DNA of 64,000 bases from Candidatus Limnocylindria bacterium (GTDB taxonomy: Bacteria; Chloroflexota; Limnocylindria; QHBO01), in contig DASWIE010000030.1 in assembly GCA_036397815.1 (NCBI GenBank), positions 3,272 to 67,271 on the forward strand, in the 5' to 3' direction. The first letter of the stretch is position 1. The number at the start of each line of letters is the position of its first letter. Under the pieces are notes generated by a model, which had not been told where the DNA came from, made no database searches, and saw nothing but the letters and a program-made list of their open reading frames with translations. Positions 50,659 to 59,457 of this stretch are shown here, one piece after another. The position numbers and the translations under genes are program-made.

Positions 50659-52116
50659 GTGCTAGCCACCGCGGCCATCGTCCTGGCCGCCGGGCAAGGG
50701 ACCCGGATGCGATCCCGTCTGCCCAAGGTCCTCCACCCATTGGCCGGCCGCCCGATGATCGAGCATGTGCTCGGCGCGCTCGCCAGCGCCGGCATCGAGC
50801 ACCGGGTGGTGGTCACCGGCCACGGCGCCGACCAGCTCGAGGCGGCGCTCGGCGAACGGGCCCCGACAGTCCGCCAGGAGCCCCAGCTGGGCACCGCCGA
50901 TGCGGTCCGGCAGGGGCTGAGCAGGGTGTCCTCAGGCGCGCGCCACGTTCTGGTGACAATGGGCGACGTTCCGCTGCTTCCCTCCGACCTTTTCCAGCGT
51001 CTCCTGCGCGAGCAGGCGGAGGGGGAGGCGACGGTGGCGCTGCTCTCGGCCCGCGTCGCCGATCCGACCGGGTACGGGCGGGTGCTGCGTGGCCCGGACG
51101 GCGGCGTGAGCGCGATCGTGGAGGAGGGCGACGCCGACCCCGCCACCCGGGCGATCGACGAGGTGAACGTCGGAACCTACTGCTTCGACGCCGCCTGGCT
51201 GCGCGCCAACGTGGGCCAGGTGCCCGCATCGGCCTCGGGGGAGTACTACCTCACCGACCTCGTGGCCATGGCGGTTGGCGGCGGCCGTCGCGTGGCGGTC
51301 GTGACCGCGCCGCGCGCCGAGCTGACGACCGGCATCAATGACCGTATCGCGCTGGCGGCCGCCGAGCGGCTGCTGCGCGCCGAGATCGCCGAGCGCCACA
51401 TGCGCAACGGGGTCACCATCGTCGACCCGGCGACCACCTACATCGACGCCGCGGTCGAGATCGGGCAGGACGCCCGTATCGAGCCGTGGACGGTGCTCAA
51501 GGGCGCGACCGTGATCGCGCAGGACGCGGTGATCGGCCCGCAGGCGGAGCTGCGTGACTCGCGCATCGGGCCGCGCACGGTCGTGTGGGCCAGCGTGATC
51601 GAGGAGTCGACCGTGGCCGAGGACGTGGAGATCGGTCCGTACAGCCACCTGCGCCCCGGCTGCCAGATCGGTCCTCGCTGCCGGATCGGCAATTACGCCG
51701 AGCTCAAGCAGACGCGCATGGGGGCCGGCACGCAGGTGCACCACTTCAGCTACCTGGGCGACGCCGAGGTGGGCGAGGAGGTCAACATCGGCGCTGGCAC
51801 GGTGACTGCTAACTTTGACGGCGTGCGGAAGCACCCGACGATCATCGGCGACGGTGCGTTCATCGGCGTCGACACCATGCTCCGCGCTCCAATCACCGTC
51901 GGGCCCGGGGCCAAGACCGGTGCCGGCGCCGTGGTGACGCGTGACGTCCCGGCCGGCAAGACGGTGGTCGGCATGCCGGCGCGTCTGATCGACGCCCGGC
52001 GGCGCAGCCGCGAGGCCAGCCCCGAGCCGCCTCCGGAGCCGGCCCCGGAGCCGGCGGCCTCGGCCGCCGATCGGAAACCGCAGGCGGGAGGCAGGTCGAA
52101 CCCGGCCGATGGCTGA
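50659..52116 (+). CDS. glmU: Bifunctional GlmU (UDP-GlcNAc pyrophosphorylase / acetyltransferase)
   Basis: LAAGQGTRM..PKVLH, EYYLTD, hexapeptide repeats, HFSYLGDA; GTG start at 50659. Confidence 0.97.
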   Translation: MLATAAIVLAAGQGTRMRSRLPKVLHPLAGRPMIEHVLGALASAGIEHRVVVTGHGADQLEAALGERAPTVRQEPQLGTADAVRQGLSRVSSGARHVLVTMGDVPLLPSDLFQRLLREQAEGEATVALLSARVADPTGYGRVLRGPDGGVSAIVEEGDADPATRAIDEVNVGTYCFDAAWLRANVGQVPASASGEYYLTDLVAMAVGGGRRVAVVTAPRAELTTGINDRIALAAAERLLRAEIAERHMRNGVTIVDPATTYIDAAVEIGQDARIEPWTVLKGATVIAQDAVIGPQAELRDSRIGPRTVVWASVIEESTVAEDVEIGPYSHLRPGCQIGPRCRIGNYAELKQTRMGAGTQVHHFSYLGDAEVGEEVNIGAGTVTANFDGVRKHPTIIGDGAFIGVDTMLRAPITVGPGAKTGAGAVVTRDVPAGKTVVGMPARLIDARRRSREASPEPPPEPAPEPAASAADRKPQAGGRSNPADG

Positions 52117-52122
52117 CCGGCG

Positions 52123-53496
52123 ATGATCGACAACTGGCTCATCGACCTGGCCATCGTCGCAGGGCTGATCCTGATCGGCGGCTTCTTCGCGGCCTCCGAG
52201 ATCGCGCTGATCACCGTCAAGCGCCACCGCCTGAACCAGCTGATCAGCGAGGGCAACCGCGGCGCGCGGACCGCGAAGCGGGTCACCGACGACCCGAGCC
52301 GCTTCCTGGCCACGATCCAGATCGCGATCACCTTCCTCGGCTTCCTGGCCGCCGCGGTCGGTGCCGTCTCGCTCTCCCGCTCGCTGGAGGGGCTGATCGG
52401 GATCATCCCGTTCCTGAGCGACGCCGCCGCCGCCGGGATCAGCTTCGTGCTGGTCACGCTCTTCATCGCGCTGGCGTCGATCATCGTCGGCGAGCTGGTG
52501 CCCAAGACGCTGGCGCTCACCTTCGCAGACCGCTTCGCGCTGGTGGTCGCCCCGGCCATCGGCCTCCTCGACCGCGTCCTGCGGCCGATCGTCTGGCTCG
52601 TGTCGAGCGTCTCCAACGTCCTCGTCCGGCTGCTGGGGGGCACGGAGCGGCCGCAGGCCGGCTACCTGTCGACCGAGGAGCTGAAGATGCTGGTCGAGAC
52701 CGGCAGCGAGACGGGCGGTATCGAGAAGGACGAGAAGGAGATGATCCACGGCGTCATCGAGCTCGGCGAGACGCAGGTCCACGAGGTGATGGTGCCGCGC
52801 ATCGGGATCCAGGCGATCGAGGTCAACGACCCGATCGACGACGTGCTCGACATGATCATCCGGGCGGGCCACTCGCGCCTGCCGGTGTACGAGGAGAGCC
52901 TGGACAACGTCGTCGGCATCCTCTACGCCAAGGACCTGCTGCCCTACCTGAAGCGCGACGGCGGTGAGACGCCCCAGATCGACATCCGCAAGATCGCCCG
53001 ACCGCCGGTCTACGTCCCGGAGACGATGGCGGTCGACGAGCTGCTGCACCAGATGCAGTCCACCAAGCGCCACATCGCGATCGTGGTGGACGAGTACGGT
53101 GGGACCGCCGGGCTGATCACGCTCGAGGACGTGGTCGAGGAGATCGTGGGCGAGATCCAGGACGAGTACGACACCGAGGAGTCGCTGGTCGAGCCGATCG
53201 AGTCGGACGGGCAGCGAGCCTTCCGGCTGGACGGCCGGGTGAGCATGGACGACCTGCGCGACCTCTTCGAGCTCCCTGATACCGAGGAGGAGGACGAGGA
53301 GGCGTACGACACGGTCGGCGGGTTCATCGTGCACCGGGTCGGCCGGATCCCGCTCCCCGGCGCGGAGGTCCCCTTCCAGGACGTCATGCTGAAGGTCGAG
53401 GCCGCCGAGCCCCGGCGCGTCGCCAAGGTTCTGGCCACGCGTCCGGAGCGGACGAACGGCGAGGAGAACGGCTCAGAGCCTGCGCCGCAGTCCTAA
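52123..53496 (+). CDS. HlyC/CorC (CNNM-CBS) family membrane protein
   Basis: GFFAASEIA, GELVPK, HSRLPVY, VDEYGGTAG, EEIVGEIQDEYD. Confidence 0.93.
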   Translation: MIDNWLIDLAIVAGLILIGGFFAASEIALITVKRHRLNQLISEGNRGARTAKRVTDDPSRFLATIQIAITFLGFLAAAVGAVSLSRSLEGLIGIIPFLSDAAAAGISFVLVTLFIALASIIVGELVPKTLALTFADRFALVVAPAIGLLDRVLRPIVWLVSSVSNVLVRLLGGTERPQAGYLSTEELKMLVETGSETGGIEKDEKEMIHGVIELGETQVHEVMVPRIGIQAIEVNDPIDDVLDMIIRAGHSRLPVYEESLDNVVGILYAKDLLPYLKRDGGETPQIDIRKIARPPVYVPETMAVDELLHQMQSTKRHIAIVVDEYGGTAGLITLEDVVEEIVGEIQDEYDTEESLVEPIESDGQRAFRLDGRVSMDDLRDLFELPDTEEEDEEAYDTVGGFIVHRVGRIPLPGAEVPFQDVMLKVEAAEPRRVAKVLATRPERTNGEENGSEPAPQS

Positions 53497-53505
53497 ATCG
53501 AAGTC

Positions 53506-54561
53506 CTAGATCGAGATCACCGACTCGACCAGCAGCCGAAGCGCGGCCCGGTTCTCTTCCGGGACGGACAGGGCGGCGACGTTGGCGAGCGCCATCTCCC
53601 GGTAGCGGAGCGCCTCGCGCCTGGCGTGCTCATGCGCGCCGCTGCGTTCCAGGATCGCCAGCACCTCGTCCACCTGCTCCTGCGTCATCGGCACCTCGAC
53701 CTCCGGCGGCAGGCTGCCATCGGTGGCCCTGATCGGCTGGTAGATCTCGCGCAGCCGTGCGGCGTCGGGCTCGGAGGCATGCTGCAGCGCCCACACCAGC
53801 GGAAGCGTCTTCTTGCGCTTGCGAACGTCGCCCGCCACCGGCTTGCCCGAGTCTCGCGTCGCCCAGAAGGTGCCCTTCAGGTCATCGGCCATCTGGAAGG
53901 CGATTCCGAGCTCGAAGCCGAAGCGGCGGAAGGCCTCGACGGTCTCCTCGTCGCGGTCGGCCAGCATGGCGCCCTGCTGCAGTGACGCGCCCAGCAGCGC
54001 GGCGGTCTTCTTGCCGATCATCTCCATGTACTCGTCCACGGTGACGTCCACCCGCCGCTCGAAGCTGATGTCCAGGTACTGCCCCTCGCACAGCGCCAGG
54101 CAGGTCTCGTCGTAGACGTGCATCACGTCAAGCAGCTTCTGCGGCTCGTACTTCTCCGAGTGCACGAGCCGATAGAGCGCGAGCCGTGACAGCGCGAACA
54201 GGGCGTCGCCGGCGTTGATGGCCATAGGCACCCCCCAGATCGCCCACAGGGTGGGCCGATGCCGTCGCTCGCGATCCGAATCCTCGATGTCGTCGTGGAC
54301 CAGGCTGAAGTTGTGGCCGAGCTCGACCGCGGCGGCGGCAGGCAGCGCGTCGTCATGGTTGCCGACCAGCGCCTCGTAGGCGAGCAGGCCGAGGAGGGGT
54401 CGCATCCGCTTGCCGCGCGGCCCCTCCGTCTGGTCCAGGCCGAGGTGGTAGGCGAGCATCTCGTACAGCGGCCGCGCGTGGCCCTGCCGCTCGTCGAGCA
54501 CGGACCGCATCTCGCCCTCGATCTCGGCCAGCAGGTCGTTAAACTCGGTCTGGATGTCCAC
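53506..54561 (-). CDS. Short-chain polyprenyl diphosphate (GGPP-like) synthase
   Basis: [38 protein letters not shown]-like FQMADDLKG; GTG start at 54561. Confidence 0.93.
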   Translation of the reverse strand: MDIQTEFNDLLAEIEGEMRSVLDERQGHARPLYEMLAYHLGLDQTEGPRGKRMRPLLGLLAYEALVGNHDDALPAAAAVELGHNFSLVHDDIEDSDRERRHRPTLWAIWGVPMAINAGDALFALSRLALYRLVHSEKYEPQKLLDVMHVYDETCLALCEGQYLDISFERRVDVTVDEYMEMIGKKTAALLGASLQQGAMLADRDEETVEAFRRFGFELGIAFQMADDLKGTFWATRDSGKPVAGDVRKRKKTLPLVWALQHASEPDAARLREIYQPIRATDGSLPPEVEVPMTQEQVDEVLAILERSGAHEHARREALRYREMALANVAALSVPEENRAALRLLVESVISI

Positions 54562-54588
54562 TCCGAGAGCGTACCCGACCGGAGACCG

Positions 54589-55374
54589 ATGAGCCGCGCA
54601 CGCCTCTACAAGACGGAGGGCATCGTCCTGCGCTCGATGGACCTGGGCGAGGCGGATCGGGTGCTCACCGTGCTCACCCCGCGGCTCGGCAAGCTGCGCG
54701 TCATCGCCAAGGGGATCCGTCGCCCGCGCTCCCGCCTGGGCGGGGGATTGGAGCCGTTCAGCGACGTTCACCTGGTACTGGCGGTGGGGCGCACCTTCGA
54801 CGTCGTCACTCAGGCCGCGCTCGAGGACCCGCACCTTGGCCTGCGCAACGACCTGCATTCCACGGCGGCGGCCTGGTACCTCATCGAGCTGGCCGACCGC
54901 TTCTGCGAGGGGACGGCCGACTCGCACGGCGCCTTCATCCTGCTGGCGCAGAGCCTCAGCGCCCTGGATGCCGCCCCGCTCGACGTGTCGCGCGAGGTCG
55001 TGGCCCGCTGGTTCGAGCTGCACCTCCTCGATGCGATGGGCTTCCGGCCGGAGCTGACGACCTGCCTGGAGTGCGGCGCCGGGATCGGGCCGGAGGGGAA
55101 CGCGTTCTCGCCGGTCGCCGGCGGCGTGGTGGGCCCCGAGTGCGCGCACGCCTCGCTGGGCGCGCGGTCGATCTCGGCGGAAGGGCTCAAGGTCCTGCGC
55201 CATCTGCAGCGATCCTCGCTGACCGCGGTCCTGCGACTACAGGTTCCCTCGGCGCTGCATCGGGAGGTGGAGCGGCTGCTGCACGCAACCGTCTCAGCCG
55301 TCCTGGAGCGCGAGCTGCGCACCCGCGACTTCCTTGCCGAGGTCGCGGCCCGCGAGGCCGCCGTCCTGACGTGA
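54589..55374 (+). CDS. recO: DNA repair protein RecO
   Basis: [23 protein letters not shown], zinc motif [13 protein letters not shown]; ATG at 54589. Confidence 0.95.
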   Translation: MSRARLYKTEGIVLRSMDLGEADRVLTVLTPRLGKLRVIAKGIRRPRSRLGGGLEPFSDVHLVLAVGRTFDVVTQAALEDPHLGLRNDLHSTAAAWYLIELADRFCEGTADSHGAFILLAQSLSALDAAPLDVSREVVARWFELHLLDAMGFRPELTTCLECGAGIGPEGNAFSPVAGGVVGPECAHASLGARSISAEGLKVLRHLQRSSLTAVLRLQVPSALHREVERLLHATVSAVLERELRTRDFLAEVAAREAAVLT

Positions 55375-55616
55375 CCGTGGCGCGGCTGCGAATCGAGCGA
55401 GCGATACGCAGATGTTCACGAGGAGAGCCGTAGCGAGGCACTCGAGCCGATGTCGGCTCGCCACGGCCGCGTCTCACGCTCAGCAGCACCTCGCCCCCGG
55501 GACGAAACGGCGTCATCCCCAGGCTAATGGTCTGTACATGCGCATTTGCGTAATTCGGCGGATCGTCTCCGGTGCGCAGGCGGCTGCCTGACCTGACCGG
55601 TTCTCCAGTCGGTGCC

Positions 55617-55625
55617 TGCTAGACT
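55617..55625 (+). promoter_or_regulatory. Extended -10 promoter of glyQS
   Basis: TG-C-TAGACT about 55 nt upstream of the start codon. Confidence 0.5.
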
Positions 55626-55679
55626 CGAACGCCCACCCATCGGTCCAACATCTGGTGCACCGGAGGCCATCCAGAGACC

Positions 55680-57053
55680 GTGCCTGCCCCCAACATGGAG
55701 GTCATTGTCAGCCTCGCCAAGCGGCGGGGGTTCGTCTTTCCCTCCAGCGAGATCTACGGTGGCATGGGCGGCTTCTGGGACTACGGGCCCCTGGGCGTGG
55801 AGCTCAAGAACAACGTCAAGGCCGCCTGGTGGCGCTCCATGGTCCAGCTCCGCGACGACGTGGTGGGTATCGACGCGGCGATCATCATGAACCCTCGGGT
55901 CTGGGAGGTCTCCGGCCACGTCGGCGGCTTCAGCGACCCCATGGTCGACTGTCGCAACTGCAAGCTCCGCTTCCGGGCGGACGACCTCAAGGGCAAGCCG
56001 TCCGAGATCGCATGCCCGAACTGCGGCATGAAGGGCACCCTGACCGAGGCCCGCCAGTTCAACCTCATGTTCAAGACCAACGTCGGGCCGGTCGAGGAGA
56101 CGGCGAGCGAGGCGTACCTGCGCCCCGAGACCGCCCAGGGCATATTCGTCAACTTCGATAACGTCGCCACCACCACCCGCAAGAAGCTGCCGTTCGGGAT
56201 CGCGCAGGTCGGCAGGGCCTTTCGCAACGAGATCACGCCGGGCAACTTCATCTTCCGCGACCGCGAGTTCGAGCTGATGGAGCTGGAGTTCTTCGTCCAT
56301 CCCAGCCAGGAGGACGAGTGGTTCGTCTACTGGGTCACCGAGCGCCTGCGCTGGTGGACCGATGTGATGGGGATCGACCGATCCCGCCTGCGCCTTCGCC
56401 CGCACGAGGCCGATGAGCTCTCCCACTACTCGAAGCAGACGACCGATGTGGAGTACGCCTTCCCGATGGGCTGGTCCGAGCTGGAGGGCGTGGCCGACCG
56501 CACCGACTTCGACCTCTCAGCCCACGCTGCCGGCTCCGGCAAGGGGCTCGCCGTCTTCGACGAGGCGAGCGGGGAGCACGTCACGCCCTTCGTCATCGAG
56601 CCGGCGATGGGCGTGGATCGTGCGGTGCTCACCGTCCTTCTCGACGGCTATACGGAGGAGCAGGTCGCCGGCGAGCGGCGCGTGGTCCTGCGCGTGGCGC
56701 CATCGCTGGCGCCCGTGAAGGTGGCGGTGATGCCGCTCCTTCGCAACCGGCCGGAGCTGGTCGAGCGGGCGCGGGCGCTGACCGCCGAGCTGAAGCCGCG
56801 CATGGCGGCGATCTACGACGACACCGCCTCCATCGGGAAGCTCTACCGCCGCCAGGACGAGATCGGCACGCCGTACTGCGTGACGGTCGACGTCGACTCC
56901 CTCGACGATGGGGCGGCCACTATCCGCGAGCGCGACTCGATGACCCAGGAGCGCGTGGCGATGGGGGACATCCCGGGTCGGCTCGCCGCGCTCCTGGACG
57001 GCACGGCGCCGTGGGAGGGCGTGCCGCGCGAGGCGGGCGATGTCCCCGCCTGA
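55680..57053 (+). CDS. glyQS: Glycine--tRNA ligase, alpha2 (homodimeric) type
   Basis: DYGPLG, LRPETAQGIF, FRNEITP, SIGKLYRRQDEIGTP. Confidence 0.97.
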   Translation: MPAPNMEVIVSLAKRRGFVFPSSEIYGGMGGFWDYGPLGVELKNNVKAAWWRSMVQLRDDVVGIDAAIIMNPRVWEVSGHVGGFSDPMVDCRNCKLRFRADDLKGKPSEIACPNCGMKGTLTEARQFNLMFKTNVGPVEETASEAYLRPETAQGIFVNFDNVATTTRKKLPFGIAQVGRAFRNEITPGNFIFRDREFELMELEFFVHPSQEDEWFVYWVTERLRWWTDVMGIDRSRLRLRPHEADELSHYSKQTTDVEYAFPMGWSELEGVADRTDFDLSAHAAGSGKGLAVFDEASGEHVTPFVIEPAMGVDRAVLTVLLDGYTEEQVAGERRVVLRVAPSLAPVKVAVMPLLRNRPELVERARALTAELKPRMAAIYDDTASIGKLYRRQDEIGTPYCVTVDVDSLDDGAATIRERDSMTQERVAMGDIPGRLAALLDGTAPWEGVPREAGDVPA

Positions 57054-57714
57054 CGAGTCACGCCCGGACGACGTGCGCGCGGTCGAGATCGTCGGGGCCG
57101 GGTACGACCGCATGGCGGCGCGGTACCTCGCCAGCAACCGGTCGGGCGGGGCCCGCGACCGGTACCTGGAGCGGCTCCTGGCCCTGCTCACCGCGGCGTC
57201 CGACGTCCTGGAGCTCGGCTGCGGCGCCGGTGAGCCGGTGACGCGAGGGCTGGCACAGAGGCATCGCGTCACTGCGGTGGACATCTCGGCCGAGCAGCTG
57301 CGCATGGCCGCCGCGCGCGCGCCCGGTGCCCGTTTCCTGCAGGCAAGCATGCTCGACGTGGCCTTCGAGGCCGCCACGTTCGACGCGGTGGCGGCCTTCT
57401 GCGCGATCACCCACGTCCCGCGCCAGCACCACGCCGACCTGCTGGGGCGGATCGCCGGTTGGCTGCGCCCTGGCGGCGTGCTGCTCATCTCGATGGGCGC
57501 GAGCGACGACCCCGGGACCGTCGAGGGGGACTGGCTCGGCGTGCCGATGTACTTCAGCCACTTCGACGCCGTCACCAACCAGGGGCTGGTGCAGCGCGCC
57601 GGCTTCGAGCTGGTCGAGGCGGAGGTCGTCGAGGAGATCGGCCCGGACGGAACGGCCGAGCGATTCCTGTGGATCATCGGCAGACGCCTTCGCGGCGCGG
57701 AGGCGGGCGGATGA
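57040..57714 (+). CDS. Class I SAM-dependent methyltransferase
   Basis: VLELGCGAG, VDIS, LRPGGVLL. Confidence 0.9.
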   Translation: MSPPDESRPDDVRAVEIVGAGYDRMAARYLASNRSGGARDRYLERLLALLTAASDVLELGCGAGEPVTRGLAQRHRVTAVDISAEQLRMAAARAPGARFLQASMLDVAFEAATFDAVAAFCAITHVPRQHHADLLGRIAGWLRPGGVLLISMGASDDPGTVEGDWLGVPMYFSHFDAVTNQGLVQRAGFELVEAEVVEEIGPDGTAERFLWIIGRRLRGAEAGG

Positions 57715-58463
57715 CCCGCCGCGGGACTGCGCTCGCCTCGGTCCAAGAGGCGTTCGATCGCGGCGATCACCAGGCCGTGCTGCGCCTGACCGAGTCGATC
57801 CTCGCCGAGCGACCCGGCGACGATGCCGCCCACGAGTTCCGCGCGCGCTCGCTCCTGGCACTGGGACGTGCCGAGGAGGCCGAGCGGCATGCCAGCGATG
57901 CGGTCCGCCTGGACCCCGATGAGATCCGCTATCGCGAGCTGTTGGCGCAGGCCCTGGCGGCTGGTGGGGCGCACCGCGACGCCGCCGTGGAATACCGGCG
58001 CCTGGCGCTCAACGACCCGCGACAGGCTGCCTGGATCGTGGCCGAGGCCGCCGAGCGCCTTGACGCGGCGCAGGCCACGGAAGCGGTCGACGCCGCCCGA
58101 CGCGCCGTGCGGCTGGATCCGCGGAACGCGGCGGGCCAGCTGGCCCTGGCCCAGGGGCTGGCGCGAATCGGCGATGCCCGTGGCGCGCTGCAGGCCGCCG
58201 GATCTGCGGTCGAGCTGCTGCCCGGCGATCCCGCCGCCCGCGAGGCGCTGGCGGACGCCCACTGGCTGTCCGGTCAGGAGGCCGCCGCCTTCTCGGACTT
58301 CCGCGGCCTGGCGATGGAGCTCAGCGGGCCGGCGCGCGAGCGGGTGCTCCGCAAGGCGCGAGCCCTGTACAGCCGGCGGGCGGGGCCGTTCGGGCGCGTC
58401 CTCGCCGCCGTGCCGTGGGCGTTCGCCGTCGCCCTGCGGCGCGGCTGGGCGCAGGTCGGGTGA
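57711..58463 (+). CDS. Tetratricopeptide-repeat protein (250 aa)
   Basis: Repeated AVRLDP / AVELLP TPR-like helix pairs; ATG 57711 overlaps upstream stop. Confidence 0.8.
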   Translation: MTRRGTALASVQEAFDRGDHQAVLRLTESILAERPGDDAAHEFRARSLLALGRAEEAERHASDAVRLDPDEIRYRELLAQALAAGGAHRDAAVEYRRLALNDPRQAAWIVAEAAERLDAAQATEAVDAARRAVRLDPRNAAGQLALAQGLARIGDARGALQAAGSAVELLPGDPAAREALADAHWLSGQEAAAFSDFRGLAMELSGPARERVLRKARALYSRRAGPFGRVLAAVPWAFAVALRRGWAQVG

Positions 58464-58858
58464 GCGCCGGTCGCCGGCCGACGCCCTCGGCCGCCGGATC
58501 GGGCACCACCGCGGGGGTGCTGCGAGACCATTTGGCCGCCGCGCTGGGGAGCGCCATGCGTCGGGCCGAGCCGGAGGCGGTGGCCCTGACCGCCGATCGC
58601 ACGAAGGCCATGGCGGTGGCGCTGGTCGGCCTCCCCGATTCGACGCCGGTCGACCTGACTCGCCTGGAAGTCGGCACCCGCCAGGCGGGTGTGATCCTGG
58701 GCTTCCATCCCGAGCACGTGCGGCGTCTGATTCGATCCGGCCGCCTGCGTGCCCGGCGGCTGGGCGGGGACTACCGCGTGACGCTCGACGACCTGTGGCC
58801 GCTGATCGAGGTGCGATACCGTGAGCCCGGCCGGCGCCGGCTGCGGCCGCGGCGATGA
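58460..58858 (+). CDS. Protein with C-terminal excisionase/MerR-like (HTH_17) DNA-binding domain
   Basis: TRQAGVILGFHPEHVRRLIRSGRLRARRLGGDYRV; GTGA overlap. Confidence 0.75.
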   Translation: MSAGRRPTPSAAGSGTTAGVLRDHLAAALGSAMRRAEPEAVALTADRTKAMAVALVGLPDSTPVDLTRLEVGTRQAGVILGFHPEHVRRLIRSGRLRARRLGGDYRVTLDDLWPLIEVRYREPGRRRLRPRR

Positions 58859-59394
58859 GCTCGCTGCGGGTCGTGCCCTCCGCCGAGCTCAGCGCTGCCG
58901 AGTGGTCGACGCTGACCGACCTCTGCGTGGCCGCATTCAACGAGCCCTGGGATAGTTACTGGGAGGACATCGGTCCAGGCGTCCACGTGCTGGCCGAAGA
59001 CCCGGAGCGCGGCATCCTGGCCCACGCCGCGATCGTCGACCGGCTGCTCTATCCGGGCGACGCTGTCCTGCGGGCCGGCTACGTCGAGGCGGTCGCCGTG
59101 TGGCCGGACCTCCAGCGCACCGGCCTCGGCACGCGGGTGATGGAGGTCATCGACCGCATAGTCGACGAGCGATACGAGCTCGGCGCGCTGGGGACCGGCA
59201 GCCAGCCGTTCTACGCCCGCCTCGGCTGGGTCGTCTGGCAGGGTCCCACCTGGATCCGCAACCGGGACGGCACACTCGAGCGGTCGCCGGACGAAGACGG
59301 CGGCATCATGGTCCGCATCACGCCACGGACACCGCGCGGGCTCGACCTGGCTCTGCCGATAGCCGTCGACTGGCGCCCCGGCGAGGTCTGGTAG
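58855..59394 (+). CDS. GNAT acetyltransferase, aminoglycoside 2'-N-acetyltransferase AAC(2')-I-like
   Basis: HAAIV.R, GYVEAVAV, YELGAL, FYARLGW..WQGPT, terminal DWRPGEVW. Confidence 0.85.
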   Translation: MSSLRVVPSAELSAAEWSTLTDLCVAAFNEPWDSYWEDIGPGVHVLAEDPERGILAHAAIVDRLLYPGDAVLRAGYVEAVAVWPDLQRTGLGTRVMEVIDRIVDERYELGALGTGSQPFYARLGWVVWQGPTWIRNRDGTLERSPDEDGGIMVRITPRTPRGLDLALPIAVDWRPGEVW

Positions 59395-59414
59395 GGCCGG
59401 GACTGAGCTCGCGG

Positions 59415-59420
59415 TACAAT
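59415..59420 (+). promoter_or_regulatory. -10 element of ppdK
   Basis: TACAAT 37 nt upstream of the ATG; no clear -35. Confidence 0.5.
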
Positions 59421-59457
59421 CGGGGCTCCCCAGCAGATACGAGGACTGTGCCAGCGC

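Noticed and set aside
55375-55679. Possible T-box riboswitch or hammerhead (GGACGAAAC at about 55500) upstream of glyQS
   Set aside because: No GGTGGNACC T-box or terminator, the promoter-like -10 lies downstream of the structured region, and there is no CTGANGA hammerhead core
58460-58858. Excisionase-like HTH as a sign of a prophage or ICE
   Set aside because: No integrase, att repeats, tRNA target or evident compositional shift; the gene is embedded in an operon
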